The notes under the pieces are model-generated. The model saw nothing but the letters and a program-made list of their open reading frames with translations. It was not told where the DNA came from and did no database searches. 64,000 nt of DNA, taken from Thermodesulfobacteriota bacterium. Lineage in GTDB: Bacteria > Desulfobacterota_D > UBA1144 > Nemesobacterales > Mycalebacteriaceae. A program made the position numbers and the translations under genes. The stretch spans positions 192,001-256,000 of the forward strand of contig OZ242184.1 in NCBI GenBank assembly GCA_965205855.1. Direction: 5' to 3'. Shown here piece by piece: positions 28,228-37,516 of the stretch (its first letter is position 1; the number at the start of each line of letters is the position of its first letter).

Positions 28228-28323
28228 GAGGGTTAACAGGGCAACGGCGGAAAGTCTGCCATGAGAGGGTATGCGGAAGCATCAGCCGTTGAATCCCGCG
28301 CGGGTTGATTCTCTATTTTACGC

Positions 28324-29118
28324 TCATTTTCTGAACTTTTCGAAGTTCACATCTCTTTTCTCGATAAACGCCTCAACGCCTTCTTTTGATTCTTCGGTCA
28401 GATGAAAAAGCTCAAGCGAGCTGAGTCCCATGCGCGAGATGCCGAAAATGCTGTCGGTGTCGGCATTGAAAGAGTATTTTGCCACTTTTAAAGCGGTCGG
28501 GCTTTTGTCGAGTATTTCACCGCACCATTTTTCAACTTCGGCTTTCAGTTCCGATTTCGGCACGACAGTGTTGACAAGACCCATTTCAAGCGCTTCTTGG
28601 GCCGTGTATTGCTTGCACAGATACCACATCTCACGCGCCTTTTTCTCTCCGACAATCCTTGAAAGGTAAGCCGTTCCAAAACCTGCGTCCACGCTTCCGA
28701 CTCTGGGTCCCACCTGCCCGAAAACCGCTTTGTCTGTGGCAATTGTCAAATCGCACACAACCTGAAGCACATTCCCTCCGCCAATTGCGTAACCGTTTAC
28801 CGCAGCGATAATGGGCTTGGGAATATTGCGTATAAGATAGTGGAGTTTTGCTACATAAGCGCCGACTCCGAGCAGGTTTTCTTTGCGCGCGGATTTGGCT
28901 TTTTTTGCTTTCTGATCTCCGCCCGTGGAAAAAGCCTTGTCTCCCGCGCCGGTGAGAACTATTACCCCGACCGCTTTGTCCTTCCATGCATCGGTAAGCG
29001 CGTCTATCATTTCGCGCAGAGTTTTGGCCCTGAACGCGTTCAGAACGCGCGGACGGTTGATTGTTATGGTCGCCCGTCCTTTGCGTTTTGAGTATTTTAT
29101 ATCCTCAAACTTTGTCAC
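28324..29118 (-). CDS. Crotonase-family enzyme, BadI-like 2-ketocyclohexanecarboxyl-CoA hydrolase (MenB paralog)
   Basis: INRP..LNAF, GGDQ, GYAIGGGNVL, FGQVGPRVGSVDAGFGT, VGEKKARE.WYLC, SPTAL..AK.SFN.D. Confidence 0.78.
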   Translation of the reverse strand: MTKFEDIKYSKRKGRATITINRPRVLNAFRAKTLREMIDALTDAWKDKAVGVIVLTGAGDKAFSTGGDQKAKKAKSARKENLLGVGAYVAKLHYLIRNIPKPIIAAVNGYAIGGGNVLQVVCDLTIATDKAVFGQVGPRVGSVDAGFGTAYLSRIVGEKKAREMWYLCKQYTAQEALEMGLVNTVVPKSELKAEVEKWCGEILDKSPTALKVAKYSFNADTDSIFGISRMGLSSLELFHLTEESKEGVEAFIEKRDVNFEKFRK

Positions 29119-29127
29119 GGTTTTACA

Positions 29128-30594
29128 TTATCCCCTATACCACTTGGGTGCCTCTCCGCCCAGAGAGATGTTAACGGTTTTTGTCTCAAGATAGCTCTCA
29201 AGTCCCTCCGCTCCGAGTTCCTTTCCGAAGCCGCTTTGTTTGAGTCCGCCGTATGGCGTCTGCGCAGAGATTCCGCCGTAGGTATTGACCCACAGGTATC
29301 CGGCTTTGATTTCGCGCGCGCACCGCATCGCTCTGGACGTGTCCGTTGTCCAGATTCCTCCGGCAAGACCGTATTGCGTATTATTTGCAATCCGCACCGC
29401 CTCCGCTTCGGTTTCAAACTCCATTGCCGCGACCACGGGACCGAAGATTTCCGTTCGCGCGGCTATGTTTGACGGCTTGACTTTGGCGAGGATGGTTGGC
29501 TTGTAAAAATATCCCTTCCCCTTTTTTTCGCCGCCGCATACAACCTGCGCTCCCTGTTCAACGGCTTTGTCCACGCAACTTCGAACCTTTGCAAGATGCT
29601 CCCGTGAGATTAGCGTTCCCATCTCCGTGCCGGGCGCTTCGGGGTTGCCGACTTTGATTTTTGCCGCTTTCTTCGCGTAAGCGTTCATAAATTTACGGTA
29701 TATGTTTTTGTGAAGAAGCAGTTTTGTAACAGCGGTACAATTCTGCCCCTGATTGAAAAAACCGCCCCTCAAACACGTCTCAACCGCCTGTCCCATGTCC
29801 GCATCCTCAAACACAATGCAGGACGCCTTTCCTCCGAGTTCAAGCGACACACGTTTTACATCTTCCGCCGCCGTTTTCATAACTGTTTTTCCGGTCGCCG
29901 TTGAGCCCGTAAAGGCGATTTTTGCCACTTCGGGATGACGGACGAGTTCTCCTCCGGTTTGCGGCCCCGCGCCGGTTACAACATTGAGAACTCCGGGGGG
30001 CAGCCCCGCCTTGTCAACGCACAGTTTTGCTATTTTTGTTATGGCAACCGATGTGAATTCGGAAGGTTTTACAACAACCGTGCATCCCGCCGCGAGAGCC
30101 GCCGAGATTTTCCAGAAAGCGAGCAGAACGGGGAAATTCCACGGCACAATTTGAGCCGCGACCCCGACCGGCTCCCTGATTGTGAAAGAGGTCTGATTTG
30201 CCGAAACATCAATCGTTTCGCCGCCGGTTTTATGTGCGATTCCGGCAAAGTATTCAAGCGCTTTGACCGAGCCGCCGATTTCAACAACCTTGCTTTCCCG
30301 AAGCGGTTTTCCGGTTTCCCGTGTGTTGACAAGCGCAAGGGTGTCCGCATTTTTCTCAAGAACGGCGGCGATTTTGAGCAGGGTTTTCGACCTTTCTGCG
30401 GCGGGCGTCCTGCTCCATTTTCCGAAAGCCCGGCTTGCGGCTTTGACCGCCAAATCCACCTCCGCCGCACCGCAAAGAGCGACTTCCGCAAAAGGTTTTT
30501 CAGTCGCCGGGTTCTCCCGTGCAAAATATTTCATCCCGCGCGTCCTGATTTCGCGCCCGTCTATAAAGGGGTTGCATTTTATTATTGAAGGCAT
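29128..30594 (-). CDS. NAD(P)-dependent aldehyde dehydrogenase
   Basis: PWNFP, KPSE, FTGST, LELGGK, FNQGQNC, EIFGPV, YGG.KQSG.G.E; ATG at 30594 preferred. Confidence 0.95.
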   Translation of the reverse strand: MPSIIKCNPFIDGREIRTRGMKYFARENPATEKPFAEVALCGAAEVDLAVKAASRAFGKWSRTPAAERSKTLLKIAAVLEKNADTLALVNTRETGKPLRESKVVEIGGSVKALEYFAGIAHKTGGETIDVSANQTSFTIREPVGVAAQIVPWNFPVLLAFWKISAALAAGCTVVVKPSEFTSVAITKIAKLCVDKAGLPPGVLNVVTGAGPQTGGELVRHPEVAKIAFTGSTATGKTVMKTAAEDVKRVSLELGGKASCIVFEDADMGQAVETCLRGGFFNQGQNCTAVTKLLLHKNIYRKFMNAYAKKAAKIKVGNPEAPGTEMGTLISREHLAKVRSCVDKAVEQGAQVVCGGEKKGKGYFYKPTILAKVKPSNIAARTEIFGPVVAAMEFETEAEAVRIANNTQYGLAGGIWTTDTSRAMRCAREIKAGYLWVNTYGGISAQTPYGGLKQSGFGKELGAEGLESYLETKTVNISLGGEAPKWYRG

Positions 30595-30659
30595 TGTTTT
30601 TTGTATTACCCTTAGTTTAACTGTTGATATGAAAACAAACACGGGGGGAAAAAGCAACA

Positions 30660-31085
30660 ATGTCTGATATAACCGGAGCAAAAGGAAGGTGTCTTTGCGG
30701 GGCGGTTGGTTTTACCGTAAAAGGGGTGAATAAGAGTGTGGGCGCCTGCCACTGTGAAATGTGCAGAAGGTGGGGCGGCGGCCCGTTTATGGCGGTCAAC
30801 TGCGGAACCGATGTTTCTTTTGAGGGCGTAGAGCATGTGTCGGTGTTTGATTCTTCCGCATGGGCGGAGCGCGGTTTTTGCGCAAAGTGCGGAACTCACC
30901 TTTTCTACAGGGTAAAGGAGAAAAACCTGCACATAATGCCCGCCGGTCTTTTCTGCGATGAACCCCCGTTTGTTTTTGACCATCAGGTTTTTATTGAAGA
31001 GAAGCCGGAGTTTTACCAGTTTGCGAACAAAACAAAGAATATGACCGGCAAGGAGTGTTTCGCGGCGTTTTCTTCGGAGGGATGA
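30660..31085 (+). CDS. GFA (Mss4-like, Zn) family protein
   Basis: G.CLCGAV, CHCEMCRRW.G, SS.WAERGFC..CGT.LF. Confidence 0.92.
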   Translation: MSDITGAKGRCLCGAVGFTVKGVNKSVGACHCEMCRRWGGGPFMAVNCGTDVSFEGVEHVSVFDSSAWAERGFCAKCGTHLFYRVKEKNLHIMPAGLFCDEPPFVFDHQVFIEEKPEFYQFANKTKNMTGKECFAAFSSEG

Positions 31086-31164
31086 GGCGCAAATGATTTT
31101 GTTGGTTTTTGATGTTTCTTAATAAAACTCTTTTTGTGGCTAAGATAGTAATCTGCTGATGTTT

Positions 31165-31194
31165 TTGACAACCCAGCATCTTTTCCTGTAAATT
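31165..31194 (+). promoter_or_regulatory. Candidate sigma70 promoter for bioB-bioA
   Basis: TTGACA-N18-TAAATT about 50 nt upstream of the bioB start. Confidence 0.5.
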
Positions 31195-31244
31195 AGCCCT
31201 GTTTCTATCACTCAAACACCTTGTCAAACTAGGGGGACGGAACA

Positions 31245-32234
31245 ATTACTCTTATAGACGACATCTACAAAAAAGTTATCGAGCGCGGCGAGCCGATAGA
31301 TTTTGACGAAGCGCTCGCGCTTACAGAGATTCCCGCGTCCGCGATAGGCGAGCTTATGTGCGTCGCCCGCGATGTTACGAAAAGACACCATGGCGACGGC
31401 GTTTTTCTGCGCTCAATCATCTCCGCGCAAACCGGAAACTGCCCCGAAGACTGCGCATTCTGTTCGCAATCGGCGCATTATGATACCGATGTTGAAGCGC
31501 ACCCTCTTATGGCGGATGAAAAAATACTTCAGGCGGCAAAACAGGCGGAAACAATGGGCGCGATGGATTTCTGCATTGTCATAAGCGCTAAGGGTCCCAC
31601 GCCTCGCATTTTTAAACGGGTTCTCGGCGCAGTTGACCTTCTCAAGCGTGAGACAAACCTGAAAGTCGGCTGCTCGCTTGGAGAACTAACCGAAGAGCAG
31701 GCAATTTTGCTCAAAGAACACGGCGTCTGGAGATACAATCACAACATTGAGACTTGCAGAAGCCATTTTCCCAGCATCGTTACCACGCATTCGTATGATG
31801 ACAGGGTCAGAACGGCGGAAATAGTTAAGAAAACCGGTATGAATCTGTGTTCCGGAGGCATTCTCGGAATGGGTGAAAGCACCCGCCAGCGCGTTGAATT
31901 CGCCTTTGAAATAAGGGAACTTGACCCGAACTGGGTTCCGATTAACTTCCTCAACCCGCGTCCCGGCACGCCGTTTTCAAACTTTGAACCGGTTCAGCCG
32001 CTTGAAGCGGTGAGAATGATTTCCATCTGGCGGCTTGTTCTCCCCGATAAAATTCTTATGATTTCAGGGGGTAGAGAGGTAACGCTCAGAGACCTGCAGT
32101 CAATGGGGGTGTTTGCGGGAGCAAACGCCATGATAATCGGCAACTATCTGACGACTCCCGGAAGGTCTCCCGAAGAAGACCTGAAAATGCTTGAAGACCT
32201 TCAGATGCCCGTCCGAACTGATATAGCAAACTAA
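31245..32234 (+). CDS. bioB: Biotin synthase (probable ATT start at 31245)
   Basis: GNCPEDCAFCSQS radical-SAM motif, YNHNIET, CSGGILGMGE, VPINFL, GNYLTT. The frame extends upstream to TAG at 31230 with no ATG/GTG/TTG before 31356. Confidence 0.95.
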   Translation: MTLIDDIYKKVIERGEPIDFDEALALTEIPASAIGELMCVARDVTKRHHGDGVFLRSIISAQTGNCPEDCAFCSQSAHYDTDVEAHPLMADEKILQAAKQAETMGAMDFCIVISAKGPTPRIFKRVLGAVDLLKRETNLKVGCSLGELTEEQAILLKEHGVWRYNHNIETCRSHFPSIVTTHSYDDRVRTAEIVKKTGMNLCSGGILGMGESTRQRVEFAFEIRELDPNWVPINFLNPRPGTPFSNFEPVQPLEAVRMISIWRLVLPDKILMISGGREVTLRDLQSMGVFAGANAMIIGNYLTTPGRSPEEDLKMLEDLQMPVRTDIAN

Positions 32235-32251
32235 CCCTCCGCGCCAATACA

Positions 32252-33586
32252 ATGTCCGGCAACCGCACAAACATCTGGCACCCTTTCACCCAGATGAAAG
32301 AGCACGAAAGCCTTTCGCCCATAATGATAGAAAAGGGCGAAGGGGTTTATCTTGTTGATTCCGAGGGGAACCGCTACATAGACGGTGTTTCCTCCCTGTG
32401 GGTAAACATTCACGGACACGGCGTAAACGAAATAGAGTCCGCAATCAAAAGCCAGCTCGATAGCATAGGGCACAGCACATTGCTGGGTCTTTCCAACCCC
32501 GCCGCGGAGCGGCTTGCGGAAAAACTTGTCAACGCCGCTCCGGCGGAACTTACAAAGGTTTTTTTCTCCGGAGATGGGGCGTCCGCCGTTGAAGTCGCGA
32601 TTAAAATGGCTTTTCAGTATTGGAAAAATAAAGGCGAGACAAAAAGAACAAAGTTTGTCTCGCTTGAGAACGGGTATCACGGCGACACCCTTGGAGCCGT
32701 TTCCGTTGGCGGGATAGATATGTTTCATACCGCCTTCAAGCCGCTTCTGTTTGAGTCTTTCAAAGCGCCTTCCTATTACTGCTACAGGTGTCCGCTCGCA
32801 AAAACATATCCATCCTGCGAGATTGCGTGCGCCGGGGCGGTTGACAGAATTTGCTCGGAGCATCCGGGAGAAGTCGCCGCGATAATCATTGAACCGTATG
32901 TTCAGGCGGCTGGGGGAATGATAGTTTCCCCTCCCGGATACCTTGAAAAGATCAGGAAGATCGCGGACAAGCACAATGTTCTACTTGTAACGGACGAGGT
33001 TGCCACGGGATTTGGCAGAACCGGAAGGATGTTTGCGTGCGAGCATGAAGGGATATGTCCCGATATGATGGTTCTTGGCAAGGGCCTTACGGGCGGCTAC
33101 ACCGCTCTTTCAGCCACGTTGACAACCGAGCGAATCTACGAGGCGTTTCTCGGCGAATATGAGGAATTTAAAACTTTTTTTCACGGGCACAGTTATTCGG
33201 GTAATCCGCTTGCTTGCGCGGCGGGGATTGGAAATTTCGAGGCGTTTGAAAACCGGCGGACTCTTGAAAAACTACCTGAAAAAATCGAGTTTTTTGAAAA
33301 TGAACTGAAGGAGTTCAACTCAATTGAAAATGTCGGCAATGTGAGAAACAAGGGGCTTATGGCGGGAATTGAGCTGGTAAAAGACAGGGGGACAAAAGAG
33401 AGGTATCCGGTGGGCGAAAGAATGGGTTGTAAGGTCGCGCAAAAGGCGCTGGAGTACGGCGTTATGATTCGTCCCCTGGGTGATGTTGTTGTTTTGATGC
33501 CTCCGGTGGGAATTGAGATGGAGGATTTGAAAGAGCTTATGAGGTCTTCATTCAGGGCTGTCAGAGATGCGACCGAGGGAAGTTAG
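32252..33586 (+). CDS. bioA: Adenosylmethionine-8-amino-7-oxononanoate aminotransferase
   Basis: IWHPFTQM, DGVSSLWVNIHGH, EVAIKMAFQY, YHGDT.GA.SV, DEVATGFGRTG, GKGLTGGY, HGHSYSGNP. Confidence 0.95.
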   Translation: MSGNRTNIWHPFTQMKEHESLSPIMIEKGEGVYLVDSEGNRYIDGVSSLWVNIHGHGVNEIESAIKSQLDSIGHSTLLGLSNPAAERLAEKLVNAAPAELTKVFFSGDGASAVEVAIKMAFQYWKNKGETKRTKFVSLENGYHGDTLGAVSVGGIDMFHTAFKPLLFESFKAPSYYCYRCPLAKTYPSCEIACAGAVDRICSEHPGEVAAIIIEPYVQAAGGMIVSPPGYLEKIRKIADKHNVLLVTDEVATGFGRTGRMFACEHEGICPDMMVLGKGLTGGYTALSATLTTERIYEAFLGEYEEFKTFFHGHSYSGNPLACAAGIGNFEAFENRRTLEKLPEKIEFFENELKEFNSIENVGNVRNKGLMAGIELVKDRGTKERYPVGERMGCKVAQKALEYGVMIRPLGDVVVLMPPVGIEMEDLKELMRSSFRAVRDATEGS

Positions 33587-33648
33587 GGGCGTTTTTTGAA
33601 CTTTCCGTCCGCAAAGCGGTAAAATCTCAGACATTGGTGGAGGCTTCT

Positions 33649-34530
33649 ATGAACAAACGGGCAAAAACGGGAAATGGCATTGCCGGGAAACGAAAATCCA
33701 AGACAGAGCCACGCATTATAGAAGCTCCCTACGAGGGCATAAGCTCTTCGGAATATCAGATTGAAAAACGCAGACTTCAATACGAGCTGTTGAAGATCCA
33801 GCAGGAAGTCGTCAAAAACAACCGTCGCCTTGTTGTTTTATTTGAAGGCAGGGACGCGTCGGGAAAGGGTTCCACAATAAAACGTTTTGTTGAGCATATG
33901 ATGCCGCGGCATTACAGGATAGTGGAGCTCGGAGTTCCGACTACCAAAGAATCCAGAAACTGGTTTCGCCGCTATACGGAGTACCTTCCTCGCGAGCGTG
34001 AAATAGTGTTTTTTGACCGCTCTTGGTATACGCGCGCCCTTGTGGAGCCGACAATGGGTTACTGTACAAAATCGCAGTATAAATATTTTATGGAAAAAGT
34101 TCTCAAGTGGGAGGAAAGTCTTGTGCGCGAGGGAATAGAGGTGGTCAAGTTTTACCTTTCCGTTGATATTAAAACCCAGTTGATACGGTTCAATGAAAGA
34201 ATGCAAGACCCTCTGAAGTTCTGGAAACTTTCCGAAAATGACCTAAAAGCGAGAAAAAAGTGGAAGCGTTTTTCAAGATACAAGGAACAGATGTTCGCGC
34301 GCACATCATCCGAACGGTTGCCGTGGGTTGTCGTGAACTCAAATTCAAAACGCGAGTCGGTACTGACATGCATGCTCTATGTAACCCGTCTTAGCGGGGT
34401 GGATTTTGTTCCGCTTACGGGCGAGTTGATGGAAACGGAATATGAAATAGAGTTCAGGGGTGTTACTTTCAAGGGGCTCAGCGCAAAGCAATACGCCGTT
34501 ATAGCCGATTTGGCTGATAAGCAGTCATAA
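33649..34530 (+). CDS. ppk2: Polyphosphate kinase 2
   Basis: FEGRDASGKG (Walker A), FDRSWY.RA.VE, R..DPLK.WKLS..D, PW.VV; ATG at 33649 after GGAGG. Confidence 0.93.
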   Translation: MNKRAKTGNGIAGKRKSKTEPRIIEAPYEGISSSEYQIEKRRLQYELLKIQQEVVKNNRRLVVLFEGRDASGKGSTIKRFVEHMMPRHYRIVELGVPTTKESRNWFRRYTEYLPREREIVFFDRSWYTRALVEPTMGYCTKSQYKYFMEKVLKWEESLVREGIEVVKFYLSVDIKTQLIRFNERMQDPLKFWKLSENDLKARKKWKRFSRYKEQMFARTSSERLPWVVVNSNSKRESVLTCMLYVTRLSGVDFVPLTGELMETEYEIEFRGVTFKGLSAKQYAVIADLADKQS

Positions 34531-34540
34531 AGGAGAAAGA

Positions 34541-35041
34541 ATGCACGAACATCATTTTACTCAAAACTCCGGCTTGCCGAAAATTGAGTCCGCCGGGGGG
34601 CTGATTGTCAATTCTTCGGGTTGCGTTCTTTTCATTCTCAAAGGCGGAAAGTGGGACCTGCCAAAGGGGCGGCTGGAGCAGGGGAAAAACCATGAGGAAA
34701 CCGCTTTGCGCGAAGTTGTTGAAGAGACATCCATTGAACCGGATTTGATAACAGTCTTCACCCCTTTGTGCCACACCTGGCATGTTACATCCTATTTTTC
34801 AAAAGAGTATATAAAAAAAACCACATGGTTTGTTATGGAATACCGGGGAGACGGAGACAGGTTGCGCCCTCAGGTTGAGGAGGGGATAACGGAATGCCGC
34901 TGGATTCATCCGCATGATTTCAGGGATTACCGTTTGGAAATGCGGCCGCGTATAGGATATGTCACAATGCTGTGGAAGAAGGTTTTCTTTGAAAGAGGGT
35001 CGCATAAAATTTTAATCGGAGCGCCGAGCGCGGCGATTTGA
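34541..35041 (+). CDS. NUDIX hydrolase
   Basis: SAGGLI, KWDLPKG.LE.G...ETALREVVEET, K.T.WF.M, PQ.EEGI. Confidence 0.9.
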   Translation: MHEHHFTQNSGLPKIESAGGLIVNSSGCVLFILKGGKWDLPKGRLEQGKNHEETALREVVEETSIEPDLITVFTPLCHTWHVTSYFSKEYIKKTTWFVMEYRGDGDRLRPQVEEGITECRWIHPHDFRDYRLEMRPRIGYVTMLWKKVFFERGSHKILIGAPSAAI

Positions 35042-35075
35042 CACAAGCCCGGAACCGTCGCGCATGAGAACTTAA

Positions 35076-36257
35076 ATGACATCTCTTGACTGGCTTGACA
35101 GAGAGATTTCCCTTATACATGAGAAAGGGCTTTTCCGTGAGCTTACCGAACTTGAGACCGGACAGACTCCAGAGGTCTCCATTGACGGCAGAAAATACAT
35201 TCTTCTTGGGTCAAACGGGTATCTGGGTCTTTCCACGCACCCGGAAGTAAAAAAAGCCGCCGCCGCCGCTCTTGAGAAATACGGCGCGGGCAGCGGTGGT
35301 TCGCGTCTTGTCAGCGGGACGACGGACCTTCACTCCGAACTTGAGGAAAAAATCGCGACTTTCAAAAAAACCGAGTCGGCGATTGTTTTCAGTTCGGGGT
35401 ATCTTGCAAACATCGGCGCGATTCAGGCTCTTGCCGGTCCGGGCGATGTGGTTTTCAGCGATGAGCTTAACCACGCTTCAATAATAGACGGATGCAGAAT
35501 TTCCGGAGCCACAGTGAAAATCTACCGGCATCTGGATTTCAATCATCTGGAATCTCTTGCTCGCGGGCACCGGAGCGGTGGCGGAAAACTGATAGTCACC
35601 GACACGGTTTTCAGCATGGACGGAGACCTTGCCGACCTTTCCGCCATCTGCGGTATTGCCGAGACGCACGGTTGCATGGTTATGGCCGATGAGGCGCACG
35701 CGACCGGAGTTCTCGGAAAGCGCGGTAGCGGGGCAACCGAGTATTTCGGCGTTGAAAAAAATGTTGCAGTGGCCATGGGAACACTTTCGAAAGCCGTTGG
35801 TTCGGCGGGCGGATACATCGCCGGAGACAAGAGACTTATTGAGTTTTTAAGGAACAGGGCGAGGAGTTTTATCTTTGACACTTCACCTCCAGCCGCCGCG
35901 CTTGCCGCATCCGTTGAGGCGATTGGAATAATAGAGCGGGATACGGGCAGACGCGAGCATCTTTGGGATATGATAGGGGTTTTTAAAGCCGGTCTTGAAA
36001 AAACGGGGCTTGCGCTTTTGCCCTCCCGGTCCGCCATAGTTCCAGTTCTTATCGGAGAGCCGGACGAGGCGGTTAATTTCGCGTCCGCTCTGAGGGAAAA
36101 CGGTGTCTATACACCAGCCGTCAGACCGCCGTCCGTCCCGCCCGGAAAGTGCAGGGTAAGGGCTTCAATAATGGCGACACATGAAAAAGCGCACATTGAG
36201 CGCGCGGTCGTAGCTTTTGAAAAAGCCTCACGCTCGGTTTGGACCGGAAGCGGTTAA
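35076..36257 (+). CDS. bioF: 8-amino-7-oxononanoate synthase
   Basis: SN.YLGL, GSGGSRLVSG, SGYLAN, DELNHASIIDG, FSMDGD, DEAHA.G, GTLSKA.G, RPPSVP.G..R.R. Confidence 0.92.
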   Translation: MTSLDWLDREISLIHEKGLFRELTELETGQTPEVSIDGRKYILLGSNGYLGLSTHPEVKKAAAAALEKYGAGSGGSRLVSGTTDLHSELEEKIATFKKTESAIVFSSGYLANIGAIQALAGPGDVVFSDELNHASIIDGCRISGATVKIYRHLDFNHLESLARGHRSGGGKLIVTDTVFSMDGDLADLSAICGIAETHGCMVMADEAHATGVLGKRGSGATEYFGVEKNVAVAMGTLSKAVGSAGGYIAGDKRLIEFLRNRARSFIFDTSPPAAALAASVEAIGIIERDTGRREHLWDMIGVFKAGLEKTGLALLPSRSAIVPVLIGEPDEAVNFASALRENGVYTPAVRPPSVPPGKCRVRASIMATHEKAHIERAVVAFEKASRSVWTGSG

Positions 36258-37465
36258 CCGGCTTTTTTTTCGTATATCCTCAGAGCCCTGTCCAGTATTT
36301 TGTGTCCCAACGCTTCTTTCGTCATTAACGGTAGGCTTTCGGGCTTGCTTCCCTTACATATTAAAACGGCGCGGTTTGTGTCTTCGCCAAAGCCCGCGCC
36401 CGGAACCGTTATGTTATTTGCAACTATCATATCGGCGTTTTTGCTTTTCAGTTTTTTTCGGGAGTTTTCAATCAGCGATTGGGTTTCCGCGGAAAATCCC
36501 ACGACCACGCGCCCTTTGAGGTTTTTTCTCCCGACCGCCTCAAGAATGTCGGGAGTTTTTTGAAGTTGCAGGCAAACGGGTTCGGAGCTTTTTTTTATCT
36601 TCTCCTTTTCCGCTTGAACGGGAGTGTAGTCTCCCACTGCCGCCGCTTTTATTATGAAGTCCGCCCGCTCAAGATTTTCCATGATGGCGTCAAACATTTC
36701 GCTGACAGTTTCAGTTTGTATGCGCTTCATTCCCGGTAGGTCAATTCCGGCCCCCGCTCCCGATACAAGTGTTACTTCCGCTCCTCTTAACCACGCGGCC
36801 CGTGCGATGGCGCATCCCATTTTGCCAGTTGAAGGGTTGGAGATAAACCGCACCGGGTCTATATGCTCGCGCGAGGCGCCTGCGGAAACAAGCAGTTTTC
36901 TTCCCGCAAAATCATTGGGCGCAACGGCTTTTTCCACTTCCGCCACTATGTTCTCCGTTTCACTGAGCCGTCCTTTTCCCTCCCATCCGCAAGCGAGGTC
37001 TCCCTCTGCCGGTCCAGCTATTGTTACGCCCGTATCCGCGAGCTTCCGCAAGTTTTCCTGAACCAAAGGGTTTGAATACATATTGACATTCATTGCCGGA
37101 CACAAAACCACGGGAGCTTTTGTCGCCAAAATCACGGCTCCAAGCAGAGAGTCAGCGATGGCGGCGGCCATTTTCCCTATAAACGAGGCGGTCGCGGGCG
37201 CTATAACAACCGCGTTTGCACTGTCAGCGAGAGCTATGTGTCCGATTTCCGATTCCCATTCAAGGTCAAACGGGTCGGACAGGGTTTTCCCGCCGGAAAG
37301 GGTTTGGAGGGTAAGCGGAGTTATAAATTTTTCCGCATTCCTTGTCATAACGACCTGAACACGCGCGCCGCGTCTGGTCAACTCCCTTGTGATTTCACAG
37401 GACTTATACGCGGCTATGCTTCCGGTAACGCCGAGAACAATTGTTTTTCCTTCAAGGATTTTCAT
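36254..37465 (-). CDS. coaBC: Bifunctional phosphopantothenoylcysteine decarboxylase/synthetase
   Basis: GVTGSIAAYK, APATA, PAMN..M, LACG..G.GR, IDPVRFISNPSTGKMG, AAVGD, VGFSAET. Confidence 0.96.
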   Translation of the reverse strand: MKILEGKTIVLGVTGSIAAYKSCEITRELTRRGARVQVVMTRNAEKFITPLTLQTLSGGKTLSDPFDLEWESEIGHIALADSANAVVIAPATASFIGKMAAAIADSLLGAVILATKAPVVLCPAMNVNMYSNPLVQENLRKLADTGVTIAGPAEGDLACGWEGKGRLSETENIVAEVEKAVAPNDFAGRKLLVSAGASREHIDPVRFISNPSTGKMGCAIARAAWLRGAEVTLVSGAGAGIDLPGMKRIQTETVSEMFDAIMENLERADFIIKAAAVGDYTPVQAEKEKIKKSSEPVCLQLQKTPDILEAVGRKNLKGRVVVGFSAETQSLIENSRKKLKSKNADMIVANNITVPGAGFGEDTNRAVLICKGSKPESLPLMTKEALGHKILDRALRIYEKKAG

Positions 37466-37516
37466 CGGGAAAATTATAGAGACAGGAGACCGCGCGCGCA
37501 AATCCGGTTCGGCAGC

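Noticed and set aside
28170-28323. tRNA-Gln, often found upstream of prs
   Set aside because: No cloverleaf, T-loop GTTCGA or acceptor stem could be found.
28324-29118. Calling this gene menB
   Set aside because: It lacks the MenB-type Tyr residues and GGGHV, matches BadI-type motifs, and has no men genes nearby.
31164-31228. TTTGACAA...TTGTCAAA inverted repeat as a BirA operator
   Set aside because: The half-sites are in the opposite orientation to BirA sites and 49 nt apart; the first is better explained as a -35 box.
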